55,618 nucleotides of DNA from Pseudomonadota bacterium. Lineage in GTDB: Bacteria > Bdellovibrionota_F > JAHFAK01 > JBDREC01. Numbering within the stretch: the stretch's first letter is position 1; each line of letters starts with the position of its first letter. Shown here piece after piece: positions 49,934 through 55,618 of this stretch. Under the pieces are notes generated by a model. It saw only the letters and a program-made list of their open reading frames with translations. It was not told where the DNA came from and searched no databases. The stretch covers positions 62,001 to 117,618 of the forward strand of contig JBDREC010000001.1 in NCBI GenBank assembly GCA_043820105.1. Reading direction: 5' to 3'. Position numbers and translations under genes: made by a program.

Positions 49934-50017
49934 CCACTAGAAAGCTCAATAATTTCTTTTCTTTTCTTCACAAATCCTTAAAAATAGTGTATAAAGGCAC
50001 TTAAGGAGGTTAAAATT

Positions 50018-50500
50018 ATGCAACAAAAAGACACACAATTTAAACCTACACCTAATATGCTGAAGTTGCTTGAAGCCGCTATTAATCCTGATGTAGCTCC
50101 AAATTTTTCAGCATGGTGTAAAGAATCAAATGTAGCACGCAGCCAGTGGTACAGATGGCAGAAACAGACTGGATTTCTTGAGTGGTTTAACAATGAATAT
50201 TCTAGGTCTTTGGAAGGTGCTAGAGCAGCACTTGTAAAAGTTGGTTTGCAAAAGGCATTAAGTGGTGATTTTCAGTTTTGGAAGGTAATGGTGGAAAAGC
50301 TTAACGAGTACAATCCTAAGATCCAGGCAGATTTGAATCATAAAGTAGAAGCGGATTGTCATGAAATTATGGTCCAGTCATATGAAACTGGGGAAGTAGT
50401 ACAGATACACCATTGTTGTGCAAACAAAGACCATGAACAAAAAATTATATGGAAAAAGAATGATGATGTTAAAGGAAAAGCCTTAATATCTAAAGATTAA
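50018..50500 (+). CDS. Terminase-small-subunit-like / phBC6A51-type HTH protein
   Basis: CKESNVARSQWYRWQK..GF..W HTH followed by QKALSGD motif; AGGAGG RBS. Confidence 0.65.
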   Translation: MQQKDTQFKPTPNMLKLLEAAINPDVAPNFSAWCKESNVARSQWYRWQKQTGFLEWFNNEYSRSLEGARAALVKVGLQKALSGDFQFWKVMVEKLNEYNPKIQADLNHKVEADCHEIMVQSYETGEVVQIHHCCANKDHEQKIIWKKNDDVKGKALISKD

Positions 50501-50521
50501 GAAAAGCAGTATGAATAATAT

Positions 50522-51778
50522 TTAATTTATTTGATGAGAATTATTTTTCAGATCTCTTTTTAGTCTTGTATAGGTATCAGAACTTATTTTTAACTTGTTC
50601 ATTATTTCTTTTCTAGTATATTTTTCACTAAGCAGGTGATTAAACCAGCGCAATTCAAAAATTCTTTTGCCTCTTTTAATATCTAATTTAAAAATATCAT
50701 TTATTTCAAATGGTATTTTTGGAATTGCTTGGTTATTAATTATGGAACTTTTATTAATTGAATTGGCAATATTTTCTAGTACCTCGCTAACATTGGGGGG
50801 TGCTTGCTCTTCAAAAAGTGAGGTTGCTTGATAAATTTCACTTTCATGTTGGCTTAGCAATTCTTTCTCCAGAAGCTGGAGAAAGATGTCTCCATATTCC
50901 ACGATTTTATTATTAATCAAATCATCAAGTTTAATTATTTCATCTTCATTTAAATATAGCCAATCGTCATTACTTAAATTGTAGTGTTTCGAGAAGTAAC
51001 TATTTGCTGTTAGGACTGTTGGTGTTTCTGAGATATCTAAAGGCAATGTGCTAATTTTATATTTATTCGGGTCAATGGACTTGCTTTTTAGTTTAAAATG
51101 AGTTGCAGGTGTAATCTCTTCCAGTATTCTAAGAAATTCTCGAATATTGCCTTTATACTCTAACTCATTTATTAGTATATCCCATAGAGTTGACGATAAA
51201 TAATCAATTCCATTTTGCTTTAAATACTCTATTAAAAAATATTTAATATCTAGTTTTCTAAACTTCAGAGGAAATATTTTTACTATTACTTCAAACCTAT
51301 CAACTAAATCACCTCTTAGTGATGAAATTTTATTAGTGGCTGCAATAAATTTAAAATCTTTAAATTTTTCAACTTTGGTGCTACCTATTCTAGAGAACTC
51401 TTTGTTTTGTAATAATCTCAAGATGCCAGATTGATTTTCTTCAGGCATATCACCAATTTCATCGAATGCTATGTTTTTCCCTTGTTCTACTAATCCAATT
51501 ACATCTTTGATCGCTCCAGTATATGCTCCTTTATCAGCTCCAAATAGTTCGAGTGTTAATGATGAGCTGGGTTGAGCACAATTGATAGTAACCCATTCTT
51601 CCTTCCCGTCAGTGATTTCAGTTCTTTGATTTATATAGAAGTTCATAAATATTTCTTTTCCAACACCTCTTTTGCCAACAAACAGAACTGTTTCACCGCA
51701 ATTTGCAGCTTCTATAGTTTTTTCCTTACTAGAGACTGCAGTGTGAGATCTCAATATATAGTCATTGAATTTAATCAT
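50522..51778 (-). CDS. sigma54 enhancer-binding AAA+ activator lacking an N-terminal sensory domain
   Basis: GKRGVGKE, INCA, ELFGADKGAYTGA, FDEIGDM, LRLLQ, IAATN, GNIRE; C-terminal Fis-like HTH. Confidence 0.88.
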   Translation of the reverse strand: MIKFNDYILRSHTAVSSKEKTIEAANCGETVLFVGKRGVGKEIFMNFYINQRTEITDGKEEWVTINCAQPSSSLTLELFGADKGAYTGAIKDVIGLVEQGKNIAFDEIGDMPEENQSGILRLLQNKEFSRIGSTKVEKFKDFKFIAATNKISSLRGDLVDRFEVIVKIFPLKFRKLDIKYFLIEYLKQNGIDYLSSTLWDILINELEYKGNIREFLRILEEITPATHFKLKSKSIDPNKYKISTLPLDISETPTVLTANSYFSKHYNLSNDDWLYLNEDEIIKLDDLINNKIVEYGDIFLQLLEKELLSQHESEIYQATSLFEEQAPPNVSEVLENIANSINKSSIINNQAIPKIPFEINDIFKLDIKRGKRIFELRWFNHLLSEKYTRKEIMNKLKISSDTYTRLKRDLKNNSHQIN

Positions 51779-51893
51779 AATATAATTAAAAATAATTGTT
51801 AATAATTATTATTATTTAACATTTGTTTTGTGGAAAATCAATCGAATTGTAATTGTGCTAATGATATCAGTACATTATGTGTGGATTGTGGGT

Positions 51894-51909
51894 TGGCACC
51901 TATCTTGCT
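51894..51909 (+). promoter_or_regulatory. sigma54 -24/-12 promoter
   Basis: TGGCACctatcTTGCt, divergent from the activator and upstream of 51953. Confidence 0.8.
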
Positions 51910-51952
51910 TTAAAGATAAGTATTATCAATTCTCATAGAAAGGGATTATACT

Positions 51953-52177
51953 ATGAAAGTAAGTAAAGCATTAATTACTGCTTATAAAACTTCAAAGATT
52001 AAAGGTTATAAAATTGCCCAAAAAGCAAAACTAAATCCTTCTACATTTTTTCAGATAATGAATAGCATCATACCTATTAAATATGAAGATGAAAGAGTTT
52101 TAAGGATTGCAATGGTTCTTGGAGTTGTAGCCAAAGATGCCTTTGAAAAAGTAAAGGAGGATAAAGTTGAAAAGTAA
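51953..52177 (+). CDS. Small Cro/XRE-like HTH protein
   Basis: YKIAQKAKLNPSTFFQIMN...RIAMVLGV. Confidence 0.7.
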   Translation: MKVSKALITAYKTSKIKGYKIAQKAKLNPSTFFQIMNSIIPIKYEDERVLRIAMVLGVVAKDAFEKVKEDKVEK

Positions 52178-52595
52178 AAAGGACGATCTTTTTATACCCC
52201 CAAAAGAAGATGAATTAGTTTTAGTTCCAGATGGTATTTATAAAGCAAGGTGCCTTGAGGGTAAACCAGTAAATTTTTATTCTCAAAGGAAGGTAAAATT
52301 AGATTTTATAATGGTCGATCTTGGAGAACAGTATGGAAAGAAGATTCCATTGTTTCTTAATATAGCACCCAAAGGCAAAAGGAATATTTCTTCAGGATCA
52401 TTCTATTATCTTTATTGGATAATTGCCAACAGAGGAGAAAAGCCAACTCGGCGAGATAGAATGACACCAGAAAAATTTAAAGACAAATTATTCAAAATTA
52501 AAACTAGAACTGTGAGTAAGAATAGAAAACAACAAAAATTACCTAAGAGTATGTGGCATTCTGTAGTAGACGCAATATTGGAGCTAATTGAGTGA
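52167..52595 (+). CDS. Phage-type OB-fold/SSB-like protein (DUF669-like)
   Basis: LVPDGIYKA...KVKLDF..GEQYGKKI pattern; AGGAGG RBS. Confidence 0.5.
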   Translation: MKSKKDDLFIPPKEDELVLVPDGIYKARCLEGKPVNFYSQRKVKLDFIMVDLGEQYGKKIPLFLNIAPKGKRNISSGSFYYLYWIIANRGEKPTRRDRMTPEKFKDKLFKIKTRTVSKNRKQQKLPKSMWHSVVDAILELIE

Positions 52596-52639
52596 TGATA
52601 GTAATGGTGAATGGAAGTGTGAAGGTTAGATAATATCTC

Positions 52640-52829
52640 ATCTTATCTAATCTTATCTTTTTCTATCTTATCTAATCTTATCCTAGTAACCCAATCACAT
52701 AGAGGGTGTGATTACTGGGATGTGGAGAATTTGATGTCAGCATGCAGGTCTGAAATATGATCTGCGCTTATGGCACTTTTGGGTGCCTATAAATTAAATA
52801 GTTGGGCACTCTCTAGCGGGGGTGCCCAA
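52640..52829. other. Iteron-like direct repeats followed by four hairpins (candidate origin or structured RNA)
   Basis: ATCTTATCTAATCTTATC at 52640 and 52665; stems at 52680-52721, 52744-52765, 52768-52792, 52802-52829. Confidence 0.55.
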
Positions 52830-52846
52830 TCCAAATTGAGGTAATA

Positions 52847-52871
52847 ATGAATGATGAAAAACATATGACAC
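52847..52871 (+). pseudogene. 5' stub of a gene interrupted by IS21 (possibly excisionase-type HTH)
   Basis: GAGGT RBS, ATG, MNDEKHMT, then the IS end begins. Confidence 0.45.
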
Positions 52872-53020
52872 TGCCAATCGGATTGAAAACTGGTCCACGA
52901 ATCGGACGCAAAAGTGGTCCACCTAGCCCAAAAATTTTTATCTAAAATTTTTATAAAAATTGCAACTCATAAATTAAAACTCCTTACATTAATATGTTAA
53001 AAATAATGAAACCAGTAATA

Positions 53021-53141
53021 AGGTTATCCACATGAGCAAAAATGCTATAGGCAAATATATAATGTTTGGGGCTAGGGCCATTAATAGCCCAGAAGCCCCA
53101 TCTACATTTGCCTGTGGCATTTTTGATCTTGTGGATAACCT
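53021..53141. repeat. Long palindrome inside IS21 bounded by inverted TTATCCACA boxes
   Basis: aggttatccaca...tgtggataacct with nested stems. Confidence 0.75.
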
Positions 53142-53180
53142 GGGCTTGATCTCCATCTATTACCCTGTTAATTCAAATAG

Positions 53181-53930
53181 TTATTTTTTCATCGCTTCCT
53201 TATGTGCTTTTGCCCTATAACTTTCTCCTTTTATCGATATTATCTGTGAATGATGAATCAATCTATCTATTATTGCTGATGCCAGAACTGGATCAAATAA
53301 TATGTTTCCCCAATCTTCAAACGGTTTATTTGATGTTATTATTATTGAGGAGTTTTCATATCTTTGATTTATTATTTCAAAAAGATCATCCACTGCATTT
53401 TGTGTAAACTTTTTAAATCCAAGTTCATCTATTATCAGTAAATCAGGTTTTTTATATTCTTCTATTTTTTTATAATATGAGCCATCTGCCCTTGATTGAT
53501 AAAGTTCCTGTATTAAATCATAGGCAGTTGTAAACAAAACCTTGTATCCTTTTAATAATGCTTTAAATCCTATAGCTGTAGCAAGATGAGTTTTTCCTGT
53601 ACCAGGTTTTCCTAAGAATATTATGTTTTCTTTTTTATACATAAATGAACATGTTGCTATATTCAATATTTGTGATTTGCTTACGCTTGGTTGAAAAATA
53701 AAATCAAAATCTTCTACTTTCTTTTGTCCTGTTTTGCTTATCTTTGATTTTGACATTCTCTTTCTCAGTGAATTGTTTTTTCTTGATAATTCTTCCTCAT
53801 CAAGGAGCTGATTTAAAAACTCCAAATGTGATATTTTCCCCTCTTTTACTGTTTCGATAATATCTTCCAATGACTTTGAAATTCCTGCCAACTTGAAATT
53901 TGTTAATTTCTTTTTAACTTCTTGTATCAT
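53181..53930 (-). CDS. istB: IS21 helper ATPase IstB
   Basis: FDFIFQP, GKPGTGKTHLA, LLIIDELG, IIDRLIHH, GESYR. Confidence 0.97.
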   Translation of the reverse strand: MIQEVKKKLTNFKLAGISKSLEDIIETVKEGKISHLEFLNQLLDEEELSRKNNSLRKRMSKSKISKTGQKKVEDFDFIFQPSVSKSQILNIATCSFMYKKENIIFLGKPGTGKTHLATAIGFKALLKGYKVLFTTAYDLIQELYQSRADGSYYKKIEEYKKPDLLIIDELGFKKFTQNAVDDLFEIINQRYENSSIIITSNKPFEDWGNILFDPVLASAIIDRLIHHSQIISIKGESYRAKAHKEAMKK

Positions 53931-53956
53931 AATTATTACCTCCTTTATTTTAATGT

Positions 53957-55450
53957 TTAATGAAGTTCATCGTATTTGCTTAAATCACTTTTGTAATACG
54001 CACTCTCTTTTTTTGAATCCATATTTTCCATATCAAACAGCTCATTTTCACGTATATATTTCTGGCTCAATATGTTTTTTATACATTTGTAACTGTAATT
54101 TTCATACTGAGTCGCTCTAAAACATGCATTTTCAAGCTTAACCCTACCATGCTTTTTGCCCAAAGAAATTATTCCCTGAATCATTCTGTAGGCCTCACAA
54201 TCTTTTTCAGAGAATAATTGCTGACAATAATTGTACACAATGTCTCCATATTTTTTCGCAGTGCTCATATAATATTCATAACTATTTGAACTTATAAGTT
54301 CGATCCATTCTGGAAAATGGCTTGCATGTTTAACCTTTTCTCCTGTTGAATTCGCGCGCTTATGAGTGTGAATTAGTTCTAAATTTCTATTATAAACCTT
54401 GATATAATTATTTGATTTTTGTGCATAAAGTTTTTCTCCAACATAGCTATATGGAGCTGAATATAAGGATTTATCTATCCTCAAATAGCAGTCAGGATGC
54501 AATTTATGCTTGGTCCATTCACTTGTATCAAAAATTTCAAATGGAAGTTTGTGCAATTTATTCTTTTCTTCATTTTCAAAAACTTCACCTGGAACCTTCT
54601 TGGTGGTGCCATGGATTCTTAAAGATTTTTCTTCCATCCATTTTCTTGATTTTTCTTTGCAATCATTTATATCTTTAAAAGTCCGACCTGCCATAAAATT
54701 ATTTTTGAAATATTTTATGCCGTTTTCCACCATTGCCTTATCTTTTGGTTTATAAGGTCGGCAAGTATTTGGTAGAAAATTATAATGTTTTGAAAATTCT
54801 AAATATTCTTTCTGGTAGGTCGGATCATAAAAATTTGCTTCCAAAACCCCTGCTTTTAGATTGTCAATGGTAACTTTTTTAGGGACTCCTCCAAAATGCA
54901 AAAACGCATTTTCATGACAGTTTATAAAAGTTTTTACTTTTTGATCTGTAACTATTTCAAAATAATCATACCTCGAATAAGCTAATCTCATGCAAAATAC
55001 ATAACTCTTTTTCATTTTCCCTTCATAAGGGTTATGTAATAATCCAACATATCCAAAATCGACATAAGCTTCATCTGCAGGAATATTATGATCAAATACA
55101 GGATATATCTGATTTGCTACCCTAAGCTTTTTCATATATTTTCTTACAGCATCATATTTATATTTAAATTCTTTCTCGTCCCTAAGCTTCTCCCAAATCC
55201 TTAAAGATGATAGTTTTGGTTCCTTATCTAGATAACTCAAAATGGTATCCTTATAATTTTCTACAACACTTACTTTTTCAATAACTGGATTTAATGAATT
55301 TTCACCTCTTTTCTTGTAATCCTTAATTATTTTATTCACCGTTGTTCTGGATATTTTTAAATCCTTTGCAATTTGTCTTGCTGATTTTCCAGCTTTTTTT
55401 AATGTAATAATCGTAATCCTCTCTGCCATTGTTTTCATCCCTTTCTCCAA
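53957..55450 (-). CDS. istA: IS21 transposase IstA
   Basis: N-terminal HTH, YVDFG, LAYSR, FGGVP..IDNLK, KDKAMVE, RIHGTT, YSAPY. Confidence 0.97.
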   Translation of the reverse strand: MEKGMKTMAERITIITLKKAGKSARQIAKDLKISRTTVNKIIKDYKKRGENSLNPVIEKVSVVENYKDTILSYLDKEPKLSSLRIWEKLRDEKEFKYKYDAVRKYMKKLRVANQIYPVFDHNIPADEAYVDFGYVGLLHNPYEGKMKKSYVFCMRLAYSRYDYFEIVTDQKVKTFINCHENAFLHFGGVPKKVTIDNLKAGVLEANFYDPTYQKEYLEFSKHYNFLPNTCRPYKPKDKAMVENGIKYFKNNFMAGRTFKDINDCKEKSRKWMEEKSLRIHGTTKKVPGEVFENEEKNKLHKLPFEIFDTSEWTKHKLHPDCYLRIDKSLYSAPYSYVGEKLYAQKSNNYIKVYNRNLELIHTHKRANSTGEKVKHASHFPEWIELISSNSYEYYMSTAKKYGDIVYNYCQQLFSEKDCEAYRMIQGIISLGKKHGRVKLENACFRATQYENYSYKCIKNILSQKYIRENELFDMENMDSKKESAYYKSDLSKYDELH

Positions 55451-55618
55451 AATTTTATTTATAATCTTGTGGCTTGTAAATTTATTATAAATTTACTTCC
55501 CAAATATCCCTTTTATAAATACTTAATTTTGGCTTCCTTCAATATTTTATTATTTTTACTTTGGTAGGTGGACCACTTTTGCGTCCGATTACTGGACCAG
55601 TTTATCGTCCGATTTGCA

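Larger units (their letters stand above)
38451..55618. mobile_element. tRNA-Arg-integrated genomic island (partial; integrase end outside window)
   Basis: att fragment, defence cargo, TerS-like HTH, SSB-like gene, IS21 insertion. Confidence 0.75.
52872..55618 (-). mobile_element. Complete IS21-family insertion sequence
   Basis: TG...CA ends; ~53-bp imperfect terminal inverted repeats each with two AATCGGA..AAA.TGGTCCA sub-repeats; istA-istB. Confidence 0.95.

Noticed and set aside
53032-53220. 62-aa passenger ORF in IS21
   Set aside because: Coincides with the palindrome and overlaps istB antisense

Overview
AT-rich bacterial chromosome segment; its gene content (Tad pilus, bacterial topoisomerase VI, many sigma54 promoters, many secreted unknowns) suggests a deltaproteobacteria-like or Bdellovibrionota-like lineage, which is inference. 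Positions 1-38450 are chromosomal backbone: rpsG(partial)/rpsL, a tadB/cpaE-cpaF fusion/secretin cluster, secA, a 1534-aa acyl-CoA ligase-GNAT fusion, top6B/top6A, two radical SAM enzymes, a RAYT remnant with REP-like motifs and many secreted proteins. A tRNA-Arg(CCT) 3' fragment at 38451-38491 marks the att end of an integrated island running past the window end. The island carries an HNH + methyltransferase pair, a multi-domain McrBC, lipoprotein cargo, a TerS-like HTH and a satellite/IME-like core, interrupted by a complete IS21 that ends at the last base. Most interesting: (i) the island core appears switched by its own sensor-less sigma54 enhancer-binding protein and a divergent sigma54 promoter; (ii) a secreted protein whose Cys/aromatic repeats are mirror-symmetric, predicting a very long disulfide-stapled beta-hairpin; (iii) an unannotated, frameshifted CxxGxxA-repeat RiPP-like precursor near an orphan ScmE-like SPASM enzyme; (iv) a sigma54-driven four-way-junction RNA candidate; (v) McrB carrying a DpnI-like winged helix. 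All family calls are from motif recognition, not database searches.
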